From an uncultured Candidatus Rokubacteria bacterium (GTDB lineage Bacteria; Methylomirabilota; Methylomirabilia; Rokubacteriales; DASRDR01): a stretch of 64,000 nucleotides of DNA. How positions within the stretch are numbered: position 1 is the first letter of the stretch; each line of letters begins with the position of its first letter. A program made the position numbers and the translations under genes. Location of the stretch: NCBI GenBank assembly GCA_963826115.1, contig CAWGVS010000005.1, forward strand, positions 672,001 through 736,000, in the 5' to 3' direction. Of this stretch, positions 8,627 to 17,588 are shown one piece after another. Under the pieces are notes generated by a model. The model was not told the DNA's origin and ran no database searches. It worked only from the letters and a program-made list of their open reading frames with translations.

Positions 8627-9636
8627 GTGTCCTCTTCCTCCTCACGACGCCGCCGCCCGTGATGCCGGGCACGGACGCCGTCGTGCAGGAGGTGGAGCTC
8701 CTGCGGTCCCGGTTCGGCGGCGATGTGGTCTGGCTGCGACCGAGCTGGCGCGCGCGGGCCTGGTATCCGACCTCCCTCCTCGGGCTCCACCGATGGCGCG
8801 CGTTGCGGCGTGGCGACGGCCAGGTCGATGTCTGTCACGTGTATGCCCCCCAGCTCTTCCACCTGCCGGTGCTGCGGGCCGTCACGCGCCCGATCGTGTA
8901 CACGGTCACATCGGGGGTCGGGCCCGACGGCGGGATCCCGCCCCTGTCGGACCTCCGGCGACTGGGGGCGATCGTCGTGCCGAGCCGGGCAGACCTGGAG
9001 ATCCTGACCGCGCGGGGGCTCCGGAACGTGAAGGTCATCGTTCCGGGGATCGACGTGGGCGCCTTCGTCGACGGCCCCAGTCCGCCGGGTCCAGAATTCG
9101 TCCTGCTTGCCGGTTCCGCGCCGTGGGCGCCCCAGCACTTCCAGACCAAGGGTGTGGATGCCTTGCTGGACGTTGCCCGGGCAACGCCGGATCTCAGGCT
9201 CGTCTTCCTCTGGCGCGGCGTGCTGCTGCCGGACCTGATCGCTCGGGTGGAGCGCCTCGGCTTCGCCGAGCGCGTCGAGATCCTGCGTGATCGCGTCGAC
9301 GTGAGCCGAGTGCTGGTTCGCGTCCACGCGGCGGTGGTGCTTGCGGCCGGTCCGGGGCTGGTTCGGGCCTATCCCCACTCGCTCCTGGAGGCGCTCGCGG
9401 CGGGACGGCCGGTCATCATCAGCGACGGGAATCCGATGGCGGAGTACGTCCGGGCGACGGAGTGCGGCCGAGTCGTCCCGGGCGTCGACGCCGGCGCCCT
9501 CGGCGAAGCCGTCCGCGCGGTGCGAGGGAGCTACGAGCGTTACCGGGCGCGCGCCCGCGAGGTCGGGAAGCGCGACTTCTCGCAGGAGCGGCTGGTTGCC
9601 GAGTACGGCGCCCTGTACGGCGCGCTCACGCACTGA
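8623..9636 (+). CDS. GT4 (GT-B) glycosyltransferase
   Basis: VIVPGID, KGVDALL, PHSLLEALAAGRPVIISD; GTGA overlap with the upstream stop. Confidence 0.8.
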   Translation: MSVLFLLTTPPPVMPGTDAVVQEVELLRSRFGGDVVWLRPSWRARAWYPTSLLGLHRWRALRRGDGQVDVCHVYAPQLFHLPVLRAVTRPIVYTVTSGVGPDGGIPPLSDLRRLGAIVVPSRADLEILTARGLRNVKVIVPGIDVGAFVDGPSPPGPEFVLLAGSAPWAPQHFQTKGVDALLDVARATPDLRLVFLWRGVLLPDLIARVERLGFAERVEILRDRVDVSRVLVRVHAAVVLAAGPGLVRAYPHSLLEALAAGRPVIISDGNPMAEYVRATECGRVVPGVDAGALGEAVRAVRGSYERYRARAREVGKRDFSQERLVAEYGALYGALTH

Positions 9637-9657
9637 GGCGCGCCCGTCCGAATCGCC

Positions 9658-11481
9658 TCAGTCCGGCTTGCGGGCGGTCACCGCCACCAGCGGGTCGCCG
9701 TAGTAGCGGAGCTGTCGCGACCAGTAGGTGACCACCTCGGGCCGGTCGAAGCCGACATCCCTCAGTTCCTCGAGGAGACGCCAGCCGAACGTGCGCAAGG
9801 ACAGGGAGCTCCCCGGGCTGACCGGGTGGCCGTGGTGCTCGGGCGGCATGACATGCGTGATGACGCCGTCGGCGTCCGCTGTCGCCCTGACCTGGTGCTC
9901 GGCCAGGGCGACCGAGAATGGCGCGGTGAGCAGCAGGGAGCCGCCGCCGCGAAGCGTCCGATGGAACTCGCGTAGCGCCTGACCGTGGCTCGGCACGTGC
10001 CCCAGTACATCGAACGACAGGACGTAGTCGAATGCGTCGCCGGGGAAGGACAGGGCCTGGGCGTCCTCGTACCGGATGCCGTCGACCATCGCGCCGCTCC
10101 GATGGGAGGCGCCTAGGTACTCACTCCCCACGGTGCGGGGGAACCGCTGGCTGAGGCTCGCGAACAGTGGAGTGACCTGCTCGGTGACGTAGATGCGACT
10201 GTCGGGCGTCGGCCGGAGCTCCTGACGGAAGATGTGGTACGCGCCCCGGAGGCGGGTCACGAGGCGGCAGCCCACGCAGTCGAGGTGCTCGCGCCAGTTC
10301 GGGAGGAGCCGGCCGTCGGGAAGTTTGGCTGACGCCCACATCGGGTCGATCCGAAACTGACTCGGCTCCTCGCACACCGCGCAGAAGCCCGCCAGCGTAA
10401 AGGTCTCCGCAGTCGGGATGTCGAGCTCCTCGGCGGCGCGGCGCCTCGACGCGACGGTTTCCGACGCGCGTCGCCAGGTCTGATAGTCGTCCTGACTCGA
10501 CCAGCGCGTCACCGGCAGATAGGGGACGGGCGCGCGACCGGCTCTTCGGCGCTCCACCTCCACCGTCGAGGGGGTATGAGGGTTGAGCCCGCCCGCGCCG
10601 GACCAGTTGAAGGCGTATGGGATGGTCTTGTAGTAGCCGTGGCCGCGTGCGGTCACCCGGGCGCGATAGTCGTCCAGGAGATCGCGGAGCGCCCCGATGT
10701 TGTGAACCTGGAACTGCTCGCTGTGGCGTGAGAAGACCCCCTCGTCCTCGATCTTGTTGCCGCTGAAGTGGAGGAACCGAAGAGGTCGCCCGTTCACCAG
10801 CCAGGATCCGTCGAGTCGCGCGACCCGGCGCTGAGCGAGGTTCCAGTAGCCGACGTTGTACCCCGGATGGCGCAGGAGCCGGGAGCGCTCGATGAACGCG
10901 GGAAGGAGGTCGGCCCACTTCTGGTCGACGAACAGGCCGTTGTCCAGGTCGATGGCGCACTGGAACTCCAGTCGGCGCGCCCACCACCACACGGCGCGCC
11001 GCACCTCCGGCGTGTCGCGGAGCATGCAGAAGCCGAGGTTGTTGATCCCGTACCGGAGAGCCTGCTGATCCCGGAACTCGGCGTACTCCGACGGCTCGGT
11101 AAGATGAGGCGTGAGCACGCACTCGATCCCGTCGCTCACGAGATCGAGGAGTTCGGCGAAGCGGCTCAGGACCAGGATGTCCGGATCGAGATAGAGAACC
11201 GTCTCGCCGGGATGACGATCGAACAGGTACAGGAAGGCGAAGGGCTTGAGCGCGGTGTTGAACTCGGTGATGCTGTACCGCTCGGCCATGGCCTCGAAGC
11301 CGGGAACGCCCAGCTCGTCGGGGCTCAGGATCTCGAACGGGAAGGCGTCGGCGTCGAAGTCGGTCCGATCGTCGGCGAGGACGGCGCGAAAGGGGACGTC
11401 GGGGTGGAAGCGCCGGAAGCTGTCGTGGAGAGTCTGGGTGTAGCCGTAGAAGTTCCGGGAGCTGATCGTGAAGGCGATCAC
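9658..11481 (-). CDS. GT-A-type glycosyltransferase fused to CxxC/CxxC + methyltransferase-like domain
   Basis: EFNTALKP, YLDPDI (DxD), FVDQKWADL, GYNVGYWNL; C-terminal CAVC...NWREHLDCVGC, FDYVLSFDVLGHVP, LRGGGSLLLTAPF. Confidence 0.75.
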   Translation of the reverse strand: MIAFTISSRNFYGYTQTLHDSFRRFHPDVPFRAVLADDRTDFDADAFPFEILSPDELGVPGFEAMAERYSITEFNTALKPFAFLYLFDRHPGETVLYLDPDILVLSRFAELLDLVSDGIECVLTPHLTEPSEYAEFRDQQALRYGINNLGFCMLRDTPEVRRAVWWWARRLEFQCAIDLDNGLFVDQKWADLLPAFIERSRLLRHPGYNVGYWNLAQRRVARLDGSWLVNGRPLRFLHFSGNKIEDEGVFSRHSEQFQVHNIGALRDLLDDYRARVTARGHGYYKTIPYAFNWSGAGGLNPHTPSTVEVERRRAGRAPVPYLPVTRWSSQDDYQTWRRASETVASRRRAAEELDIPTAETFTLAGFCAVCEEPSQFRIDPMWASAKLPDGRLLPNWREHLDCVGCRLVTRLRGAYHIFRQELRPTPDSRIYVTEQVTPLFASLSQRFPRTVGSEYLGASHRSGAMVDGIRYEDAQALSFPGDAFDYVLSFDVLGHVPSHGQALREFHRTLRGGGSLLLTAPFSVALAEHQVRATADADGVITHVMPPEHHGHPVSPGSSLSLRTFGWRLLEELRDVGFDRPEVVTYWSRQLRYYGDPLVAVTARKPD

Positions 11482-11491
11482 CGCCCGGCCG

Positions 11492-13168
11492 TCAACGCGG
11501 TGACGGGCGCGCGGCGACCGCTTCGGGCGCTCCCGCTGGCGCGTTCATCGGCGCCTGCATGGCTCGGAGGGCGGTGGCGAGCTGGCGGGCGCCGACCTCG
11601 AGAGAGTGGGTCCGCTTCACCCAGTCGATGCCCCGCGCCGACAGCGAGCGCCACCGGTCGGGATCGGTGTAGACCTCGACCGCGGCGGCGGCGAAGGACT
11701 TCGGATCGCTCGCGATCGCGAGCTCGTCCCCGGTCAGCCCCATGCCTTCGGCGGCGATCGGCGTGATGACGCAGGGGACGCCGTGGGCGAGGCTGGTTAT
11801 CACCTTCCCCTTGGCCCCCGCTCCGAAGCGCAGGGGCGCGACGGTCAGTCGGACCTGCGCGAGCAGGGTCGAGACGTCGGGCACCCGGCCGACTGGCACG
11901 AATCCGGGGTCCGCGCGAGTGGTCAGGAATTCGGGCATGTTCGTTCCAATCGCATAGAAGCGCGCGTCCGGAGCGGCCACCCGGATCTCGGGCCAGATCT
12001 CGTCGAGGAAGTATTCCACCGCGTCCACATTGGGGCGATGGAGGTAGCCGCCCATGAAAGCCAGACCGTTTCGGCGCTCGTACCCGCTCGCATGCCCGGG
12101 CACGTCGTGCATGAGGGGGCACCACACCACGTTGGCGCCCGGAACGAGTGACTCGAGAAGGGGCTTCTCGGCCATCGACACCACGAGCGTCGCGTCGGCG
12201 AGCCGCGTCACGTAGATCTCGCGCTCCCGCATCTCCATGGCGCGGTACATGGCGATGCGATCGCGCGCCAGCATCGCCTCGCGCTCCAGTCTCAGCCAGT
12301 GGAGATCGACGGTGTTGAACAGGACCTTCGCCCTCACGCAGTGACGGCGCACGTCGTCGATGTACGTTCCGGCGGAGTCCACCCGGGAGAGCATCACCAC
12401 ATCGAGGTGATCGCCGATGCGCTCGAGCAGCGTCGGGATCGAGCGCGCGGACACGCTCCGCAGAACCGTCACGCCGATGGCGCGAAGGGGATCCCCTTCG
12501 GTGCTCTCGCCGCCGCCGGTGACCGGAAGGTAGGCGACGTGATACCCGAAGCGCTGGAACAGCCGGATGAGGTTGAACGCGAGCAACGACCCCGAGTCTC
12601 GATCCGGGCGCGCGTAGGAGTTCTCCATGACCAGGACGGCAGGTCGATCTCGCGAGAGGTGCGAGAGCGGGTCCTGGCCGATCGCCATGCGGTCGACCCG
12701 GTTGCGCAGCCGCGCTCCGACGGAGCCCCACGGGTTGCTCTGCACACGCGGGTCGGCCAGGCCCAGACGAGACCCGCCAGGCGAGGGGACACGGCGCTCC
12801 CGGAGGCCGTGCCGCATGTAGTGAAGGAGCGGATTGATGCCGGCGTCGCGCACGTCGACGTTCTGCGACCGGTACCAGGAGGATCGGAAGAGGGGACTCG
12901 GGTCGCGACCCTCGTATCCGCCGTGAAAGTAGTAGTGGTCCAGCGGGTTGATCGCGCGGGCGGCGACGTCAGGGTAGCTCTGGAGGTACCAGGCCGTCCG
13001 GAAAAGGGGATTCGGGTTTCGACCCTCGCGGACGCCATGTCGCCGATAGTGGCGTTCGGGATGAGCTCCCGTGCGCGCGACGTCCGCGTACTTCGCAAGG
13101 TAGAAGTTGCTATCGAACAGGGGGTTGCGCCAGACGTAGGAGAGGATCGGCTCCGGGACGAGCCGCAC
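11492..13168 (-). CDS. GT4-type glycosyltransferase with three N-terminal 38-aa repeats
   Basis: PDRDSGS, FNTVDLHWLRLER, GGYLHRPNVDAV, APLRFGAGAKGK, GVPCVITPIAAEG; GTG start. Confidence 0.8.
   Translation of the reverse strand: MRLVPEPILSYVWRNPLFDSNFYLAKYADVARTGAHPERHYRRHGVREGRNPNPLFRTAWYLQSYPDVAARAINPLDHYYFHGGYEGRDPSPLFRSSWYRSQNVDVRDAGINPLLHYMRHGLRERRVPSPGGSRLGLADPRVQSNPWGSVGARLRNRVDRMAIGQDPLSHLSRDRPAVLVMENSYARPDRDSGSLLAFNLIRLFQRFGYHVAYLPVTGGGESTEGDPLRAIGVTVLRSVSARSIPTLLERIGDHLDVVMLSRVDSAGTYIDDVRRHCVRAKVLFNTVDLHWLRLEREAMLARDRIAMYRAMEMREREIYVTRLADATLVVSMAEKPLLESLVPGANVVWCPLMHDVPGHASGYERRNGLAFMGGYLHRPNVDAVEYFLDEIWPEIRVAAPDARFYAIGTNMPEFLTTRADPGFVPVGRVPDVSTLLAQVRLTVAPLRFGAGAKGKVITSLAHGVPCVITPIAAEGMGLTGDELAIASDPKSFAAAAVEVYTDPDRWRSLSARGIDWVKRTHSLEVGARQLATALRAMQAPMNAPAGAPEAVAARPSPR
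12782..13123 (-). repeat. Three tandem 38-aa protein repeats (PLF...[FW]Y....[PA]DV...G.[NH]P..HY..HG..E.R.P)
   Basis: PLFDSNFYLAKYADVARTGAHPERHYRRHGVREGRNPN / PLFRTAWYLQSYPDVAARAINPLDHYYFHGGYEGRDPS / PLFRSSWYRSQNVDVRDAGINPLLHYMRHGLRERRVPS. Confidence 0.9.
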
Positions 13169-13270
13169 CAGGAGCCGGCAACCGGCGTCGTAGGCCCTCC
13201 GGAGGCGTCCCCGCAGACCCCGTCGGCTCAGGGTTGGCCTCCGCGAGGGAAGGGTGCCGCGTGGTCGGCT

Positions 13271-14326
13271 CTAGTCGTCACCAGACCTCCCTCCGACAGC
13301 CGAAGACGCGGCCAGCTGGCTAGCCTCGGATTCCCGCTTGATCCGCCGGCGAAGCTTCGCCCGGAAAGGATAGGGCTTGAGCCAGTGGCGCACGGCCGCG
13401 GGGTCGATCGATCGGCGGCCCTGGATCTGACGGCGGGTGGACATGGCGTGAGGCAACAGGCGCAGCACCTGGAGGTATCCGGAGAGCCCCGCGGGATGAG
13501 TGATTCCGTAGTCCACGAGACGAAGGACCTCCGTGAGGAGGAGGACGCCCAGGTCCGGGAGCAGATCCGCCGGGCGATCGTTCCGTAGGATCATCAGGTA
13601 GCGGTTCTTCAGGGAGTGTCGAATCTCCAGGGTGCTCTGTCTGCGCCTGAATCCCCGGTGCCCCCGCTGGTGCTCGGCGACGGCCGCCGGCTCGTAGCGA
13701 GCCTTCCAGCCGCGCAGCCGCGCGCGCCAGTCGAGATCGACGTCCTCGAGATACATGAAGAACGTCGAATCGAAATATTCGGTGCCGAGTCGCACGTCCT
13801 CGAGCATCGCGCGGCGGTAGAGCGCTGCCGCCGCGCACACGCCGAACACCTCGCCCGGGGTGTCGAACTGGCCGAGATCGGGCTCGTTCGCTCCCCGGTT
13901 CGCCGCCACTCGATTGCGGTAGAGGACGTGGCCTGCCGAATCGAGCAGGGGAGGGCCGTCCGTACGCGGCGACTGGATCAGCTTGCCGGTCACGCTTCCG
14001 ATGGCGGCATCCGTCTCCGCCGCCTTCTCGAGCTCCTCGATGTAGCGGGGCCCGAGGTACGCGTCCGGGTTGAGCAGCAGGACGTATCGCGTCGCCGTGC
14101 GCGCAATGAGCTCGTTGGCCGCCCGCGCGAAGCCGACGTTTTCCGGGGCGCGCACGACGGTCGCGCCCAGCTTCTCCGCGAGAACGACGGACTGGTCGGA
14201 CGACGCGTTGTCCCAGACGAGCACGTCTCGGGGTTGCCGGGTCTGGGCTGCCAGCGCTTCCAGGCATGGCCGGAGGTGGCGCTCGCTGTTGTACGTGACG
14301 ATGCACACGGCGACGTTCTCGGTCAT
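13271..14326 (-). CDS. GT2 glycosyltransferase
   Basis: MTENVAVCIVTYNS, WDNASSD, NVGFARAAN, LLLNPD, FFMYLEDVDLDWR; ATGA overlap with the wzt stop. Confidence 0.88.
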   Translation of the reverse strand: MTENVAVCIVTYNSERHLRPCLEALAAQTRQPRDVLVWDNASSDQSVVLAEKLGATVVRAPENVGFARAANELIARTATRYVLLLNPDAYLGPRYIEELEKAAETDAAIGSVTGKLIQSPRTDGPPLLDSAGHVLYRNRVAANRGANEPDLGQFDTPGEVFGVCAAAALYRRAMLEDVRLGTEYFDSTFFMYLEDVDLDWRARLRGWKARYEPAAVAEHQRGHRGFRRRQSTLEIRHSLKNRYLMILRNDRPADLLPDLGVLLLTEVLRLVDYGITHPAGLSGYLQVLRLLPHAMSTRRQIQGRRSIDPAAVRHWLKPYPFRAKLRRRIKRESEASQLAASSAVGGRSGDD

Positions 14327-15102
14327 GGCCGCCCCGGCCGCGGGGCCACGCCGCGGCGTTCCCCCGCGAGGACGTCGCGATAGCGGGCAATGACCTTGCC
14401 AGGCTCGCCCTCCAGGTCGAGGCGACCATGGACGAGGAGGCAGGCGCGGTCGCACATGCGCTCCACGGTCGGCAGGTCGTGAGAGACGAGGACGACCGTC
14501 GTGTCGCGTCGCCGCACGTCCTCCATCCGCGCGAGGCACTTCTGCCGGAAGTGCTCGTCGCCGACCGCCAGGACCTCGTCGACGAGGAGGACGTCCGGCT
14601 GGAGATGGACGGCGACCGAAAACCCCAGGCGCGCGTGCATTCCCGAGGAGTAGTTCTTGACCGGCAGATCCATGAATTCGCCGAGCTCGGAGAAGTCCAC
14701 GATCGCGTCGTAGATGTCGTCGGTTTCGCGTCGCGAGAGGCCGTAGAGCGATGTATTGAGGTGCACGTTCTCGCGGCCGCTCAGGTCCGGGTGGAAGCCG
14801 ACGCCCAGCTCGATCATCGGCGTCACCCGGCCGTACACCGTTGCGCGGCCCGCCGTCGGCACGAAGATGCCGGCAATGATCCGGAGGATGGTGCTCTTTC
14901 CCGAGCCGTTCGCCCCGATGAGCCCGAGGCACTCGCCGCGACGAACCAACAGGTCCACGTCGCGCAAGGCCCAGAACAGCTCGCGCTTCTCCCGCTGGCG
15001 CGGGTGGACCAGCCCCAGGATGCGCACCTTGAGATTGCGCCCCGGATTGCGCCGGCGGACGAATGCCTTCGAGACCCCCTGAAGCTCGACGGCCAGGTCC
15101 AC
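14323..15102 (-). CDS. wzt: Polysaccharide ABC exporter ATP-binding subunit (short form, no C-terminal carbohydrate-binding module)
   Basis: Walker A GANGSGKS, YSSGMHARLGFS signature, LLVDEVLAVGD, VSHD; 259 aa. Confidence 0.92.
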   Translation of the reverse strand: MDLAVELQGVSKAFVRRRNPGRNLKVRILGLVHPRQREKRELFWALRDVDLLVRRGECLGLIGANGSGKSTILRIIAGIFVPTAGRATVYGRVTPMIELGVGFHPDLSGRENVHLNTSLYGLSRRETDDIYDAIVDFSELGEFMDLPVKNYSSGMHARLGFSVAVHLQPDVLLVDEVLAVGDEHFRQKCLARMEDVRRRDTTVVLVSHDLPTVERMCDRACLLVHGRLDLEGEPGKVIARYRDVLAGERRGVAPRPGRP

Positions 15103-15105
15103 CGC

Positions 15106-15906
15106 CTAGACCTCCTCAGCCATTCCCGGTCTGAGGCGGCGGAACACCAGATAGCCGAGGCCGAGCATGCCGGCCGTCCAACCGACCATGGGCGCGACGA
15201 GGGTCCAGTCCGGCAGGAGGGCCCGGAGGAGGATCTCCTGGTACGCGATCGCGAAGAGCGCGACCGGGCTGAGCGTCATCCAGTGCCGGAGCGTCTCGGG
15301 CACCATCTCGATCGGGTAGATGATCGGGGTCGCCCAGAAGAGGAGTGGAAGCAGCACGTCCGTGAGATGAGTCACGTCTCGGAAGTGCACGGTGATCGAG
15401 GCCAGTGCGAACGCGACGCCGACGGTGAAGGCGAGGTGCAGCAGGAGCAACGGCACGACGAGCGCCATCTTCCAGGAGGGGTTGACGTCCGAGACCAGGA
15501 GGAGCACGGGCAGGAACACGGCGAGCGCGAGCAAGAGCTGTGTGAAGTTGAACAGCACCGAGGCGATCGGAAGGATCTCTCGCGGAAAGTACACGCGCCT
15601 GATCAGGCTGGCATTCCCGACGATCGCCTGGGTCGAGTCCTTGAGAGCGCTCGCAAAGAAGGTCCAGGGCAGAAGCCCGGCCATGATGAAGTAGGCATAG
15701 TTCTCCGTGTGAACCCGCAACACGACCTTGAATGCGAAGGTGTAGACCGCCAGCATGAGCGCGGGGTGGAGCAACGACCACAGCAGGCCGAGCAGGGACC
15801 CACGGTACTTGACCGTGATGTCCTTGGCGACCAGGTTGCGGACGAGGGTGTGATACCGGAAGAGCGCTCCCGTCGGGAGCGAGTGGTCTACGAGGGCCGT
15901 GGCCAT
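15106..15906 (-). CDS. wzm: ABC-2 polysaccharide exporter permease
   Basis: KDITVKYRGSLLGLLWSLLHP, GLLPWTFF, LIRRVYFPRE, FRDV, FWATPIIYP; ATG at 15906. Confidence 0.92.
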   Translation of the reverse strand: MATALVDHSLPTGALFRYHTLVRNLVAKDITVKYRGSLLGLLWSLLHPALMLAVYTFAFKVVLRVHTENYAYFIMAGLLPWTFFASALKDSTQAIVGNASLIRRVYFPREILPIASVLFNFTQLLLALAVFLPVLLLVSDVNPSWKMALVVPLLLLHLAFTVGVAFALASITVHFRDVTHLTDVLLPLLFWATPIIYPIEMVPETLRHWMTLSPVALFAIAYQEILLRALLPDWTLVAPMVGWTAGMLGLGYLVFRRLRPGMAEEV

Positions 15907-16523
15907 GGAACGTGGACGCTGTCCCCGCGGGCGGCCGGACGCGTCGGCGGCTCCCCATGGCCTGGGCGGACGGGAGCATCGGGCTGGCCAGGGGTTCGGT
16001 CCCGCGCAGCAGAGCCAGCGGATGGAGCGGGGGAGGGCGGGACGGGGACCAGCTCGACTCGCGCCGCGGGGAGCCGCCGATTCGCCGCTCGCGGGACGTT
16101 CTGGATCGGGGAAGAGGCCCACGCCGGATCCGCCCGGCGCTCGCGTGATAAGGCGTCGCCCACGAGGATCATCTGGCCCGGATCCTGGCCTGGCTCCGAA
16201 GAAGAGTCGCGAGGCAGGCAGGCAAATGGGCACTCGCGCAACAACTCACCGAAGCGACGGAGTATGGATTCATCGACGCCCGTGCTCGTCAGTGAGGATA
16301 CCTACCACGAATTCGCACGAGTATCTTCCTACGGCGCCGTAGGCGACCACCAGCCTTTTCTTTGACGCCGAGGTCCTTGTCTGCTGATCTTGTCGGCGGA
16401 GGGAGTTCGGCGAGGTGTTCGTCGTCCAGCTGGGCTTCCTGGCGGAGGAGACGGTTACCCGGACTAGGTTGAGGCCGACGGGCCGCGATCCCGCCGTTCC
16501 GAAGCCTTGCGCGCTCGCCTCGT

Positions 16524-17393
16524 CTAGCGACGGGAGCCCCATGGCGCCTGGAGAGACCGGAAGGCCAGGCTGCCCAGGAGCCCCAGGCCGACCAGGATCG
16601 ACATCGGGTGGAGCGCAGACTGCCGGCGATGCTTCCGGTAGTAGCGGTAGGCGCTCACGTGGAAGTCGAGCACGGAGCCGAGCCGCCGTCCCGCCCGGCT
16701 GACTCCGACGAAGTGGGTCCCGCTCGCGGCCGGCACGTAGTAGACGCCCCAGCCTGCCCTCCGGAAGCGGAGACACCAGTCGGCGTCCTCCCAGAACAGG
16801 AAGAAGCGCTCGTCGAGGAGCCCGACCGTCTCCCACGCCGTCCGGCGGACGAGGAGGCACGCGCCGGAGAGCCAGTCCACGCGGACGGGCGCGTCGTCCG
16901 CGACGGCGAGCGCCGGCAGCTCGCGCTGGCTCACGGGGTTGTTCGGGAAGAGGCGCGTCATCGGCGCGGACCGACCGAACAGCGCGGTCCAGGCGGACGG
17001 ATCGCGGCGGGCCGAGCCCTGGACGCTTCCGTCCGGATCGAGGAGCCGGGGACCTGCGACACCGGCGTCGGGGTGGCTCGTCATGAACCGCAGAAGCCGC
17101 GGCACCGTCGACGACGCCAGGATGACATCGGGGTTGAGGACGAGGGTGAACTGGCCGCGCGCGGCGCGGATGCCCTGGTTCACCGCGCGCGCGAAGCCGA
17201 CGTTCGCGTCGTTCTGAATGATCTCCAGGGTGGGATAAACCGCCGCCAGCTCGGCCTGGCTGCCGTCCGTGGACGCGTTGTCGACGACGATGACCTGAGG
17301 CTGATCGCCCTCGGTTGCGGAGAGGGCGGTCAGGCAGGCGCGCAGGGCCCCCCCTGCGTTCCAGTTCACGACGACGACCGAGACGTGCTCCAT
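16524..17393 (-). CDS. GT2 glycosyltransferase (WbbL/rhamnosyltransferase-like)
   Basis: VSVVVVNWNA, VDNASTD, NVGFARAVNQG, LNPD, VDWLSGACLLVRR, FFLFWEDADWC. Confidence 0.88.
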   Translation of the reverse strand: MEHVSVVVVNWNAGGALRACLTALSATEGDQPQVIVVDNASTDGSQAELAAVYPTLEIIQNDANVGFARAVNQGIRAARGQFTLVLNPDVILASSTVPRLLRFMTSHPDAGVAGPRLLDPDGSVQGSARRDPSAWTALFGRSAPMTRLFPNNPVSQRELPALAVADDAPVRVDWLSGACLLVRRTAWETVGLLDERFFLFWEDADWCLRFRRAGWGVYYVPAASGTHFVGVSRAGRRLGSVLDFHVSAYRYYRKHRRQSALHPMSILVGLGLLGSLAFRSLQAPWGSRR

Positions 17394-17451
17394 GGGTCCT
17401 ATCGATTCTCGATAGCCAGCGTCTCGAAGCTCACCACGTCTCCCGGCGGCC

Positions 17452-17478
17452 ATTCTAGTCCGGTTTCGCGGATTGCAA
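17452..17478 (-). promoter_or_regulatory. Possible sigma70-type promoter for the leftward glycan genes
   Basis: Minus strand reads TTGCAA-N15-TAGAAT; the spacer is shorter than optimal. Confidence 0.35.
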
Positions 17479-17560
17479 GTCTGGAGCATTTCCCTACTGG
17501 GGTCGGGCGTGTTTTGCCTGTATCCATCGTCCTTTGGCGTCCTCCGGCGCGCTGGCCGTA

Positions 17561-17569
17561 TGCTAGACT
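17561..17569 (+). promoter_or_regulatory. Possible extended -10 promoter (TGnTAGACT) for the rodZ-ftsY-rib run
   Basis: TGCTAGACT about 20 nt upstream of the ATG at 17589. Confidence 0.45.
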
Positions 17570-17588
17570 ACGAGGCGAAATCAGGCTC

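Noticed and set aside
16290-16370. JUMPstart/ops element upstream of wzm
   Set aside because: Only partial look-alikes (GTGGTAG, GCCGTAG) on the minus strand; no GGCGGTAG core.
16376-16396. CAAGATCA shared between the 6.5-kb and 16.4-kb intergenic regions as a common operator
   Set aside because: An 8-mer that also occurs in coding sequence here (AAG ATC codons), so it is not significant by itself.
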